Shown here: positions 1 to 12,724 of the stretch, in pieces
Position numbering within the stretch: the first letter of the stretch is position 1
Layout: each line of letters begins with the position of its first letter
Assembly (NCBI GenBank): GCA_028534125.1
Contig: CM052817.1
Coordinates: 32,056,001 to 32,120,000 of the forward strand
Direction of reading: 5' to 3'
Length of the DNA stretch: 64,000 nucleotides
Origin: Lama glama
Taxonomy: Eukaryota
Notes under the pieces: generated by a model
Told to the model about the DNA's origin: nothing
Seen by the model: only the letters and a program-made list of their open reading frames with translations
Databases searched by the model: none
Made by a program: the position numbers and the translations under genes

Positions 1-174
1 ACAGAAATCATGAGAAATGCATCCGCTCTGTTTTCTCTGGAGGGAGAGGAGGTCTCCACTCTCGTCACACAGCATGCATTCTGTCCCGGCTGCCAGCCCA
101 GAGCGATGGCCAGCTTCAGCCGGTGCATTCCAGCTGCGAATGCTGGATGGACTTAAGCAAGAAAAGAACCTCAG
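1..174 (-). other. Candidate exon of an unidentified minus-strand gene (runs off window)
   Basis: Minus strand reads ctctttgcctctccag|CTGAGG, with the acceptor AG at 176-175. The sequence is unique, lies ~6 kb downstream of the CpG island, and one frame is open to the window edge. Confidence 0.4.
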
Positions 175-1454
175 CTGGAGAGGCAAAGAGTGATTCACTG
201 ACCAGTGAGCATGGAGCAGGTATCTGGTTGGAATGCATTACTGCTGGGGCCATATTTTCTCTCTTACCTCCAGCCTTTCTTTCTTACCCTGCAATACCAC
301 TCACTCCTTTTGCCTCCTGGTCTCCGTAAGACCCGGTTCAAGGTTACTTCCTGGGTGAAGAGACTTCCCCTACAGCATAATATTTACACACCTGGGAATC
401 ACACTCAGAGCAGTGTATTACAAGTTATCTATATCTGAATTCCAATTTACCTAGTTACACTTCACATGCATTTTTAGACTATGTGCAACCATAGTCTAAA
501 AAGCAGCAACAGACTGCTTTTTATTTTTCTACACAGCTTACTTTCTATCTTAACAGTATTTTTTTACACATTTATAAATGGTCTGCACATAATTTCTGGT
601 GGAACTATTGACATGGTTGACATGATTATTTTCACTAGTTCTAGAGTATTTTTTTTTTATCAAGTTGATATGCTACAATCTGGACTCTCATCTTTTATGA
701 TCCCTCCCTGTTGGTAGGTATGTGTGTACTATTCACTTACTCTTGCCCACCTTCTCCATTCTCATCCTCTGCCCATCACTGCTGTTCTGGGTGTTTAATG
801 TAGCTCTTTTGCTTGTATGTGTGCTTGCAAAATGTTCATTGTTTTGGGTGCATGCATTTCTTACTGCAAATGGCATTGTTTTATGTATTTAGTTTTATTT
901 TTAAAGATGTTTTCAACTCAGCTCTATGCTTTTAAGATCCATCCTCATTATGATGTCTATCGAGTCCACTGTTTCTAACTGCTGCATGATTCTCCAGGAT
1001 GCTTCCAAGTCCCCACTGCCAAATGCCCCCCTTACAGACCCACATGAGAACATCTTTCAGATATATTTTGAGAAGTAAAATATAGGGATGCATATTCCCA
1101 ATGTGACAAAGTCTTGCTAGAGTGCGCTCCCCAAGGGCCACACCAGTATCCAGTCCCAGCGGCAGGGTGCTAACGTCCCTCTCTACGCCTACAGACCCTG
1201 CATGGGAGCTAGCTAAGCTGGATTCCAAGCAGGTTAGAGTAAAAGAACAGTTTTATCACTCTTGGCATTGTCCGGTTTTCTAAAATTTAACAGTCTAATA
1301 GGTAGAAAGTAGTATCTTATTATCTGACAACTAATGTGTTTGAGCATCTCTGCATATTCTCCAGCCAGACTGTCCTTCTCCAGTGTTAAGGCAATCCCTG
1401 TAACTGAGTCTGGGGTATAACAATTTGTTATTCAGTAGTTCATTAATTTTGTAA

Positions 1455-2530
1455 TGTGGTAAAATACACTTATTTACCATTTTAAAGTATACCACTCACG
1501 GCATTAAGCACATCCACCATGTTGTGTATCCATCACCCCCACCTAGGTCCAGAACTTTTTCATCACCCCAAAAGGAAATTCCATACCCATTAAGGAGTCT
1601 CCGCATTCCCCCCTCCCTCCAACTCCCTGGAAACTACCAATCTGTTTTCTGTCTGTATGGATTTGCCTCTTCTGGATATTTTATATAAACAATATCCACA
1701 ATGTGTAAACTTTTGTGGCTGGCTTCTCTTCCTTTGCATAATGTTTCCAAGGTTCATCCACGTTGTAGCACGTATCCATATTTTTATGGCTCAATAATAT
1801 ATAAATATAACTCATTTTGTTTATCCATTCATCCATTGATGGACATCTGGGTTGTTTCCACCTTTTGGCTATTGTGAATAATGCTGCTATAAACATTCTT
1901 GTACAGGTTTTTGTTTGAACACTTGTAATCAGTTCTGCTGGGCCATATGGTAACTCTGTGTTTAACTTACTGAGGAATTACCAAACTTTTTCCATAGTAG
2001 CTGCACCATTTTACAATACCATCAACAATGTATGAGGTTTCCAATTTTTCCATATCGTTGTCAATGTTTATTTTCTGTTTTGCTTATTTTTTTTCATATT
2101 AGCACATTAATTTTTTTTAATGAGGTACTGGGGATTGAACCCAGGATCTCATGCATGCTAAGCATGCACTCTGCCACTGAGCTATACCCTCCCTCCAGCA
2201 CATTAAAATTTTTAATATAAATTATTTAATTTAAACTAAATTAACTACATTGTTTCTGTTTTTCACTATGGCCATGCTAGTGGGTATGAAATGGTGTATT
2301 TCACTGTGGTTTTGCTTTGCATTTCCCTACTGATTAATAACATTCAGCATCTTTTCATTTGCTTATTGACCATTTATACATCTTCTTTGGAGAAATTGCT
2401 GTTAAGCCCTTTGCCCATTTTTAAATTGCATTATCATTTTGCTGTTGAGATCTAAGAGCTCTTTATATATTCTGGATACTAGACCCTTATCAGATACATG
2501 ATTTGTAAATAATTTTTCCCATTCTGTGGA
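1455..2530 (-). mobile_element. L1 (L1MB-like) 3' fragment, ORF2 C-terminus plus 3'UTR
   Basis: ORF 1681-1896 (MFIAALFTIAKRWKQPRCPSMDEWINKM) is a typical L1 ORF2 C-terminus. Flanks are L1 3'UTR-like. Confidence 0.9.
2111..2196 (-). mobile_element. tRNA-derived SINE (Vic-1-like) inserted in L1
   Basis: Reverse complement shows A box tagctcagtgg and B box ggttcaatcc. TSD agcacattaa at 2101-2110 and 2197-2206. Confidence 0.9.
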
Positions 2531-4369
2531 TGATTCACTTAAAATTTTTTTTTGTTATTTAATTTTTCCTTACTCTAAAAGTCACACTTGTATTTCCTCG
2601 TCTGTGAATTTCTCATGTAGGTCCTCTCCCATTTACCTCTGGGAGTCTTCGTGTTTTTTCTGTTGAGGTGCAACTCTTTGGCTTTTGAAATTCACCTTGA
2701 AGATTTTGCTAATGTTGTTTTTGGACTCCTTGTTTACAGGGGATGTCAGTGGATAGTGGTCACCATTTCTTGAGCACCTTCCTGTGGGCCAGGCACAGTG
2801 CCAAGCACTTTACACGTGTGATGACAAGGTGGAAGGACTCTGTGGTGCCTGTGCCTTCAGAGCTCCCCAAATGACCCAAGCAGGCAGCCTCCCTCTTCTT
2901 TCTGTACAGCTCCCCACAGCACAATATATGGAAGTGGTGGTCAGGGTGAGTCACAGTGACCAGAGAAGGAGCTATTCTTACGCTCCAGTTACGTTAATTC
3001 CTCAGCAAGCACTCCTCCTTATCCCAGTGTAAATATCTCTTCTTGGTTCTGCTTGGGGCTGCAGCAGAAATAAGGAACACCTCCCTCCCTCCCCTCCAGC
3101 AAACACACACACATATACACATCCCAGGTCAGGGACCCCGACCATTACAATTGCTATGAGTCTTGCAGTCAAGACTAAAGCTCCCACCAGAGTGTTCCCG
3201 GGGAGATCTGGCGAGCCTTTTCTGTAGAGCCATACATGTTTTATGGCTCTCCGTTTCTCAGAGGCAACTCAGGTGTCTAGACTCTTTTCCTTGTGATTTG
3301 ATATCATTTGTCTGTTTGCCTAAACTTTGCTCCTTAAATATCATCTCCTCCATAACCCAGTTTTAGCTTGAAAAGTCGACCCCAGAGAACACAAACTCTA
3401 TTTACCCAGCACAATACTTTCTCTCTTCTTCAATTATGTGTCCCTGAAACACATAACATTCATTCTTAACAAGTTAAAAAAGTGTGCCCCTGTTAACACT
3501 TGGGTTTTCAATCTGATGGCTAATTTAGTAGTTAAGGTCTCTGCTATCCTGAACAGGAACACCTGTCAGCAGCACACAGTATGATTAGCCTTGGTAACAA
3601 AAATGTAAAAAAACATGCATCGTGTTTCATTCTGTTAGATTCAAGCAAGAGTTTTGCTCTGCTAAAGGAAACCTCTTCAGTCACTGACAGCCTGTATAAG
3701 AGTTAGTTAAGCTGGATTCTAAACAGGGAAGAGTAAAGAAAGGATATTGTAAATAAAAATGTAAAACGCTCCTTTGCAAGCTGGCCAAAAACACACTTTC
3801 CTTCCCTTTTCCCTGAACCCATCTAACAACGTGCTAGACTGGAAAAAGTTAAGATGACTGGTCAAGGATGAGGCTTAAGGAAAGTCTTGTATGATGGCAG
3901 ACTTTCAAATTAATAATATACCTGCTTGCTTGGTGGTGGCAAATGGGGACCTTTGTCTTCGTTTCCATGAGTAGACACTGAAGCCATGATGACTTTGCTT
4001 CTTTTCTAGTTGAGTGGACTCAGCTTCCTTGTTGACCCGATGTCTAAGGGAAGTGAAAGAGAGGTCACCATGCCATGACTGAGTGTTTATGTCAAACATA
4101 AAAACACCTTTAGGATCAACTCACCTATTTGGAAAACTTATTTTCATTTTGTCCTTAGTCTTATCTCCAACCACCTGCAAATCCACTTTCTAATGCTCCT
4201 CCCCCACAAACACACACACACACATTAACTCCATTAACTCACTAATGGTGACACATCATATGTAGAGTGGGGTGAAATACCACACTAGGCACAGTGAAAT
4301 GTTTTACGACCTATAAATTGTGTCCTAAAAAAAGTTTCAATTCATTACGAGGTCATTAACTACACAAAT

Positions 4370-5060
4370 ATTTACTGAGTGTCTATTATGTGCCAGGCCA
4401 AGGGATACAACGAAGTTAAAGACAGAATCAGTGCCAAAGGAACTTGCAATCTAAAGGGGAAGACAGACAAGTCAGCGGTTACCCAGAATGCAGAGGGCTT
4501 CCCTGGAGGCACGAACAGGGCACTGAGAAAGAAAGGCTTGTTTCTCTCTGGTCCCATCTGAAGACTGAGACTCTGAGTTTTCAAGAGGGTCTGTGGAGGC
4601 AGATGGACTCCAGGGGCAGGAAGGCCAGTTCGGAAGGTGCTGTAATAGTTCAGGCAAGGAAGTGAAGAGTCCTGGACCAAGACACTTGTGGGAAGGCCAG
4701 AGATGATAAATTTGAGTCTGGAAATGTTGTATTTGGGTGCCTGTGGAGGTGTACATTGGAAATAGCCAAGAGGGATTAGAATATTTGAGGATTTGAGTCT
4801 GGAGTTACAGATTAGGAGTAGGCTGGAAAGATGAATTTGGGAGATGCTTCCATTAAGATGATAGGTAAAGTAGGAAACATGAATAAAATGTCCAAAAAGA
4901 GTACCAGAGAATGTGAACACTGAGGCTAAGGGAATACCAACAAGAGAAGAGAAAAATAACAAGTGAAGGAAATCACTGAGGAGGAATAGCTGATCCAACG
5001 GGGAGGCAGTTTCTGAAGGAGGGAATGAACCATCGGTGTCACACGGTTCAGAAAAGACAT
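4370..5060 (-). mobile_element. L2 LINE fragment
   Basis: tttactgagtgtctattatgtgccaggc L2 3'-end motif followed by purine-rich L2 body. Confidence 0.7.
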
Positions 5061-5309
5061 TTGGCAATGATGGATATAGTCCAGGTGGACCATGAACCCT
5101 ACAACCCCTACCCTACTGGGCAATGGCCACTGCACTCTGCAGCCCTGGACTCCATGACAACCACAGATTTCCCTGCAAAATGAGTATCTTATACACAACT
5201 CTGTATCCTACTAAGCTGCCAGGAATATGAGCCAAGAGAACATGTAGTTGTAACAAGTTTCACTCTGTGTGCCTAATGTTATTGTAGGGGCAGCAAGATG
5301 CCCTACGGT

Positions 5310-5550
5310 GGAATGTCCTGAATCAGAAAGACCTGAGTTCAGATCCAGATCCTGACTCTACTCCTTGCTAGCGCTGTGCTTTGGGGCAAGTGACTTAAAG
5401 TGTCTGTGCCTCAGCTTTCTCACCTGCTAAGTGTGGATAATGGGCCTTGAGGGGCTGTTGCAAGGATGAGGGATGAGGGTGGGGGATGAGGGTTAGAGAT
5501 GAGGGTAAGTCAACTGCTGCCGCTCAGCACCCAGCACAGTGTGTGAGCAG
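5310..5550 (+). mobile_element. MIR SINE
   Basis: MIR core: agacctgagttcagatcc...gggcaagtgacttaa...tgtgcctcagctttctcacctg. Confidence 0.75.
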
Positions 5551-5849
5551 TAAAGAGCAGCTGTCAGAGCCCTAGGTGCCCTATTTCTTGAGGACCTCCA
5601 GAAAGTCTTTGCTGACCTAAAGCCAAATTAGATTATCTTGGCTTAGGCCATTGCCTCAAGTCAGGAAGTACAGATACCAAAACTCAGCTTTGGTGGTCAA
5701 GTCCCCTCACACGCAATTAGTCACGGGTCCACATCTAAGCGAGTCTCCTGAGGGTCTTGCCTTCCCGGAGCAGCTCCCACCACCAAGCCTGGGTCTGGTT
5801 TGGGGTCCCTCTGCTTCTTCAGTTGTTGGGGGTAGGGTGGCAGGAGCGC

Positions 5850-6560
5850 TGACAAGTGGGCAGTGGGAAGGAGGCGAGCAGCAGGATTGGTGGGGGGTGC
5901 GTGTGACGGACCGACAGCCACAGGAGTCACTACACTTTCTCTTTCTAGTTGGGGTGAGGGGAGAGCCGGAATCCGCTTGCAGGAATCCGCCACCACCCTC
6001 CCCGTGCCCCGCTCCCCCCGGCCGCCTCATGACCCTTGCCCGAGGCTCAGCCTCAGCCCGGGCCAGCGCGGAGGGGTTGGAATTGGCGATTCTAAGCCAA
6101 CTACTTCTGTTCCCGAGGACTCGGGAAGTAACGCGGCCAAAGAGGCCCCCCCCCTCTTGCCATCCTTCCCGCTGTCACCCCCTCTCCCACGGGGGGAGTG
6201 CTCCCCTGCGGGGCTGAGGATCGCCTCGTAGGCCGCAACGCCGGCGCCCACCGCGCGCAACTCGCCTCCCCGCGCAGCCGCGGCTGCAGCCCGGATGCTC
6301 CCCGCCCCCCGCCCCCGCCCGCGCCCGCGCCCCTCGCGCCCCTCGGAGGCCGTGGTCCCCCTACCGCGCTCGCTCGCTTCCCGCGCCCTCACCTCTCTTT
6401 CGCGAGCTTTCTTCTGCCTCTTTCCTCCTCTGGCTCCGCCCCCGCGGCGCTCGGCTCCTCGCTTACTCGGGTGAGTCACTCAACAAGTGCACCCCATCCC
6501 CCACCGTGCAGCCCCCTTCTCTGTTGGTGGCACCGCACCCATACTCAACTGCCCAGGCTG
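5850..6560. promoter_or_regulatory. CpG island promoter
   Basis: Very GC/CpG-dense stretch with repeated GC boxes (ccccgccc at ~6300-6325, ctccgccc at ~6433-6440). Donor-like sites occur on both strands. Confidence 0.9.
6393..6460 (-). other. Candidate non-coding first exon (minus strand)
   Basis: Minus strand reads GAAAGAGAG|GTGAGG with GT at 6392-6391, inside the CpG island. The 5' end is a guess. Confidence 0.4.
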
Positions 6561-6921
6561 AAACCCGCTCTTGCTAGAATCTCCCACCCCGCTCCCAAGT
6601 CTTGTCCTGATACCTGGTGGATTCTACCTCCTCCGTGCCTTTCAAATAACTACTTTCCTCACAGTAAAAACAACCACCATTTATTGAACACCCTCCTAGG
6701 GCCAGGCGGCTACATCCACTTACCTGTAGTCTTTTCTTTTTCTTTTTTTTTTTTTGAGGTTTTTTGAGGTTATAATTGATACATTAACATTACATTACTT
6801 TTAGGTGTACAACATAATGATTGGATATTTGTATACCTTGTGAAATGATCACCAGTATGTCTAATTAATAGCCAGTCACAATAGTTACCAAAAAAATTTT
6901 CCCCCCTGGGATGAGAACTTT

Positions 6922-7847
6922 TAAAAAATTTTATTTTTATTTTATTTTTTAAAATTAAAGTATAGTTGATTTCCGATGTTGTGTTAATTTCTGGTGTAAA
7001 GCATGATGATTCAGTTATACGTACATATATATTCTTTTTCATTGTAAGTTATTACAAGATACTAAGGTGGGGAGGGTATAGCTTAAGTGGTAGAGTGAAT
7101 GCTTAGCATGCAGGAGAGCCTGGATTCAATCTCCAGTACTCCAGTACCTCCACTGAAAAACTAAATAAATAAACCTAATTACCTCCCCCCCTGCAAAAAA
7201 ATATATATATATATTGAATATAGCTCCTTGTGCTGTACAATAGGACCTTGTTGTTCATCTATTTTATATACAGTAGTTTGTATCTGCAAATCCAAAACTC
7301 CTCATTCATCCCTCCCCATCTTTCCCTTTTGGTAACCATAAGTTCATTTTCTATGTCTGTGAGTCTGTTTCTGTTTTGTAAATAAGTTCATTTGTATCAC
7401 TTTTTAGGTTCCACATATAAGTGGATATTTATCTTTTTCTGTTTGACTTACTTCACTTATTATGATAATCTCCAGGTTCATCTATGTTGCTGCAAATGGC
7501 ATTATTTTGTTCTTTTTTATGGCTGAATAGTATTCCATTATGTATATACCATATCTTCTTTATCCAGTCATCTGCCAATAGATATACAGGTTGCCATGCC
7601 TTGGCTATTGTAAATAGAGCTGCTATGAACATTGGAGTGCATGTATATTTTTGAATTAGAATTTCCTCAGGGTACGTGCCCAGGAGTGGGTTTGCTGATT
7701 CATATGGTAACTCTATTTTTAGTTTTTAGTTTAGTTTAGTTTTTTTTTTATTTTATTTTATGGAACCTCCATATTGTTCTCCATAATGACTGCACTAAAC
7801 TGCATTCCCATCAGCAGTGTAGGAGGGGTCCCTTTTCTCCACACCCA
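6922..7847 (-). mobile_element. Younger 5'-truncated L1 nested in the older L1
   Basis: TSD gatgagaacttt at 6910-6921 and 7848-7859. T-rich tail on the left and L1 3'UTR/ORF2-end sequence. Confidence 0.85.
7069..7200 (+). mobile_element. Vic-1-like SINE nested in L1
   Basis: ggggagggtatagcttaagtggtagagtgaatgcttagcatgc...ggattcaatc...taaataaacctaattacctcccccc followed by an A tail. Confidence 0.9.
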
Positions 7848-9746
7848 GATGAGAACTTTAAGAACCACTCTCTTGGCAACCTTCAAATATGAAATATATT
7901 ATTGTTAACTCTAGTCATTATGCTGTACATTATATTCCCATGACTTACTCATTTTATAACTGGAATTTTGCAACTTTGACCCCCTTTACCCATTTCACCC
8001 ACCCGCATGCAATCGTATCTACTCCCCTTTAGGGTGAGTACTGTGAACTAGGCAATTGAGTTGTGCAAGGCATACTGGGAGCTGGAGTCAAAGTCAGGGC
8101 CGCATGGCCCCCAAGCCTTCTCTTTCCATTGTTCTTTGTCCATGTTCTTCCCTCTCTGCCGCTCCCAACCTCTGTCAGTAGGGGGAGCTGCTGGGTGCCT
8201 TTACTACCTATATGACCTGTCCCAACCTAAGCTGTGATTCCTCCCTGGGACATGTCACTGGGACTCATGGAGTATGTTGAGTTGGAAGAGAGGTTGGGGA
8301 TCACATGGAGGACCCACATCATTTCTCATCTTTTCTTGTTGTCCTAATTGGTCTCTATGTCTCTGGCCTCATCCCCCTCGCCAGCCCCTCTGCCATCCAC
8401 CTGGCCTCCTTTCTGTTCCTCCTGTTCACCCAGCTCTTCTCACCTGAGACCTGGGTGAGCTTCCTTCTGCTGGACTCCTCTCCCCATCAGTCTTGTCTTG
8501 GCATTTTCCTACTCAGCCTTCTCTGACTCTTCCTTGGTAAGACCTGCCTCAACCCCCACCCAGCCTAAAGTGGGTCTCCCTTCTCTTTGACAGCACGTAT
8601 CATGAGTTATTATATACTTACTGGTGTGTTTATTCCTTTCAAGCCTGTGTCCCCTGCCCCACTGTCATCTTCATGCGGTACAGAACAGGACGGTGTGTGT
8701 TTTGCCCACCATTGGATACTTGGCATGTCATATTTGGAAGGACCCAGTAAAGAAGTAATGAGTATATGCTGAATGAGTAAATGAATCAATGAGCCTGGGT
8801 TCAAAGGCTGCCTGTGAAGATGCTGTTGTTTTAGAGAATCCGTGTTCGCCCAGAGATCTCCCAGATCTCTGTCCCCCAGTTCCTCCATGTGATTCACTGC
8901 TTTCTTTTCACCCCTCCCCCGCCAAATGAAAGGGGATGCAGTTCTATTGCTAATTTTACTTTGTGTTATCAGAAGTCAGAACTAACCCCCTGCCATCTCG
9001 TGGTCTGAAAGGAATAGGTTTCTAATTGGTTCTGTGACAAAAATGAACAGCCCTTTGTTACACCGAAGTTTAACTTCCAACAAATATGCTAAGGATATTT
9101 GTCCTGTTAACATCTTGCTACAATAAAGTCTTTGTCCCCACCCTCATTTCTACTTTTCACCAGAATGTTCCTGTTAATTGTCTTAAATAACTAGAAATTA
9201 CCAATATGCCATGCACACGGATTATATGAATTCATCACTTGGTACTGGTTGGACAAATCTGAGGTGCCCATGAATGGTTCTGGGTACTTTCAGAGATAAA
9301 AAAAGATAAGACATGAGTCCCTCCCACAAAGGATTTATCACTTCTCAAAAGAATTAGGATACAGTGAAATATGGTTGGCCCTAGAAGTAGACGTCACTGA
9401 AAAGAGCCTTTCTTAGGCGGTGCATCAGCAGCCCCCAGGGCCTCAGGCTCATGATCACAAAGTTGATTATTGCTGGCTAATGTTATGAAAAATGTGGCTG
9501 ATTTAGAAAGCGCCAAAACGCTCATAGCAGGCTCCAGCTTGAACAATTTCCTTAGCCCTGCACTGTCCTCAGGCACAATCCCAGTTCATTAGCAGGGCCC
9601 TGCATGATTCAGCTCCTGCCTGTCTCTCCAGCACATCCATCTCAGGCTCTCCTGGGCCCTGCGAGAGACTGGTGTTCTTCCTCTCATGCTCTTGCGTGTG
9701 CTGGAGTTTCAGCTTCCTCTTCTCCACCCCTCTCTCACTCATTCTT

Positions 9747-10812
9747 TTCTTTAAAATGGAAATACAGTTGATGTACAATATTATATAAGTAATAGACATG
9801 CAGTATAGTGATTCACGATCTTTAAAAGCTATACTCCATTTATAGTTATTATAAAATGTTGGCTACATTCCCTGTGTTGTACAATATATCCTTGTAGCTG
9901 ATTTCATACATAATAGTTTGTATCTTTTTCTCCCCATCTCCTGTATTGCCCCTTCTCCCTTCCTTCTCCCCGCTGGTAACCGCTAGTTTGTTCTCTGTAT
10001 CTGTGAGTCTATTTCTCTTTTGATGTATTCACTAGTTTGTTGTGTTTTTTAGATTCTGCATATACGTGATATCATACAGTATTTTCTTCTCTGTTTGATT
10101 TATTTCATTTGGTGTAATACCCTCCAAGTCCATCCATGTTGTTGCAAATGGCAGAATTTCATTCTTTTTATGGCCGAGTAGTATTCCATTATGTAATTAT
10201 ATATACACCGCATCTTCTTTATCCATTCATCTGTTGATGGACACAGGTTGCTTCCTTATCTTGGCAATTGTAAATAATGCTGCTATGAACATTGGGGTGC
10301 ACGTATCTTTTCAAATTAGTGTTTTTATTTTTTATTTTTTGGATATAGACCCAGGAGTGGAATTGCTGGGTCATACGGTAGTTCTATTTTTAGTATTTTG
10401 AGGAAACTGTCATACTGTTTTCCATAGTAGCTGCAGCAATTTTCATTTTGACCAACAGTGTACAAAGTTTCCCTTTTCTCCATATCCTCATCAACATTTA
10501 TTTGTGCTCTTTTTGATGACAACCATTCTGACAGGTGTGAGGTGATACCTCATCATGGTTTTGATTTGCATTTCCCTGATGGTTAACAATGCTGGGCATT
10601 CTTCATGTGCCTGTTGGTCATCTGCATGTGCATGTGCTCTTTGGAACAATGTCTGTTCAGGTCTTCTGACCATTTTTTAATCGGGCTATTGGTTTTTTTG
10701 ATGTTGAGTTGTACGAGCTGTTTGTATGTTTTAGATATTAACCCCTTATCAGTCATATCATTTACAAATACCTCCTCCCATTCAGTAGGTTGTCTTTTTG
10801 TTTTGTCAATGG
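9747..10812 (-). mobile_element. 5'-truncated L1 with ORF2 C-terminal remnant
   Basis: Peptides [23 protein letters not shown] and ELPYDPAIPLLG are L1 ORF2. TSD tctcactcattctt at 9733-9746 and 10813-10826. Confidence 0.92.
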
Positions 10813-11339
10813 TCTCACTCATTCTTAAAGCCTGGGCCTCAGAGTCACTTCCTCTTGGCAGCCTGGCCAGACTCAAGTTTGCTTTTCCACCTTCTGGGCT
10901 CCCATTGCACTTTGCAGTGGAAACCCAGTTTACATCTTTGTGTGCGTTCATATGTATCTGTTATGCATGTATATTTCATCCCCACATTGGTCCCATGACG
11001 GAGGTGCTAGTAACTCATGCAGTCACATAGCTAGGAAGTGACGGGACCAGAATTTGAACCCAGGCTCTAGAGCCGTGCATTTCCCTGTCTGTCATCATGC
11101 TGTGTTACCACCGCTCATGTCATTCCTTGTCACCCCTAATAGCTGTGAGCCCCCTGAGGGCAGGGACCAACCTTGCTCAGTAACTGGAACATTATATGAG
11201 CTCCAGAACAAATAAATGAATTTAATGAGGCACAGAATGAAAAATGAATAGTATCTAGTCCTTTATTTTAAGTGGCTCACAGTCTCTTTTTCTCCTTTTT
11301 TCCTTCCTTCCTTCCCAAAGTGGTTACAGGGCCTTTTAT

Positions 11340-11495
11340 ACAACCTGGCAAATAGGTATTATTATTATTAGTCCAACTTTACATGTGAGAAAAATGAGGC
11401 CCAGAGAAGTGAAGTAACGTGGCCAAAGTCAAAGCCAGGACTAGGCACAGCCGGGATCCAGACCTTAGTTGCTCATGGTCTTAACCGCTACAGTA
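11340..11495 (-). mobile_element. MIR SINE
   Basis: MIR core: tttacatgtgagaaaaatgaggcccagagaagtgaagtaacgtggccaaagtca. Confidence 0.75.
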
Positions 11496-12724
11496 TGTGT
11501 GTCTCCAGTAGCCTCACTGTGCACGTAAATGGATGCAAAACAAGAGACAGCTACAGAAGCCTAGGCAGCAGCGAGGGAGAAGGACCAGACAAACAGCTTG
11601 GAGGAGTGTGGCTGGCTGAGGAACTGGCCCTGATGGGAAGGGCGGGTGGAGGGGAGGAGGAGATGAATTAAAAACAAAACGCTGGCGGGAATCTAGATCA
11701 GCGCCCCAGGGAGCTCTGGGCTCACTCACAACCACCTCTTCCCTGCTGGGTAAGAGCGGCTCTGACCGGTTTTCTGGCAGGGAAGTTTCCTGGTGTGTGT
11801 GCAGGGATGGAGGGCAGGCATCTTGGATGCCCCAGAGTGGCCAGAGCAGCTCTCGGCCTCCGGCCATCCTTCTCCTCGTCCCAGCTCCCCACTTGCTGTC
11901 TGTCTGGTTCTGTGAGAGGCTCTGTGAGTCACCACATCTCGTGAATCACTCATTTCCTCTCTGAGGAATAAACAATGCCGAGTCTCCCAGAGCCGAGCAG
12001 GTGGGTTTACAGGAGGCGTCGCACAAGGATTGAGCGCAGGCCCTGCTTTCCTTGATGAACTGGCACCACCATCAGGGGAGGCGTGTTGCCAGGCGCTCAG
12101 CTGGAGCTTTTGGGCCATTGACTGAGAGCTTCATCTGGATTTGATGCTCAGATTGCCAGACTCAGCAAGAAGCAAAGCTGGCCCCAAGGATCATAATTTT
12201 GGCCCGGACAGGGGAAAGCTGAAATCTGAAGATGAGTCCATCAACTTGGTTGTGTCTCCAGTCTTCCTGAGACACGCCTAGCCTTTATTTCACCCATGAA
12301 TGCCCGTGACGGACATCCTGAAAGTTAATTTAGTACTTTAATATTCCAGAGCTGCTCCCCATAGCCTGTGACATGCAAAGCCCTCTGAGTGCAAAATCCA
12401 GAATATTCTGGTGTGGCAGGGAGGCTATGTGGTCAAGCAGAGGCCAGTAATATCTCATGGTAGATATTCTGACCTTATTCCAAGGGTGCGTTGTCATCTT
12501 TGTGTCCTAGTGTCTGAGCCAAGCCTCTTTCTAGAACAGCCTCCCCACCTGGCTAGAGCTAGGGCAGGAGAAAAGCAATTTGAATTTATGGTGAAAATAC
12601 TCACAACAGGATACAAATGCAAGAACAGATTTAGCTCCTTGTGGGACATAATTCTATTTTAGAAGAGAGGCTTATTAATCAAAATCTAATTCACAGAAGG
12701 TTGGATAAGACTTACTTTTTTTCT

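Larger units (their letters stand above)
6765..8000 (-). mobile_element. Old L1MA-type 3' end, split by a younger L1
   Basis: L1 3'UTR text at 6765-6920 resumes at ~7860-8000. Confidence 0.75.

Noticed and set aside
4372..5067. 231-aa minus-strand ORF
   Set aside because: Lies in a decayed L2; low-complexity L/S/F-rich translation with no recognisable domain.
5651..6767. Overlapping 90-189 aa ORFs on both strands
   Set aside because: Stop-poor GC-rich CpG island; P/G/R/A-rich with no recognisable protein.
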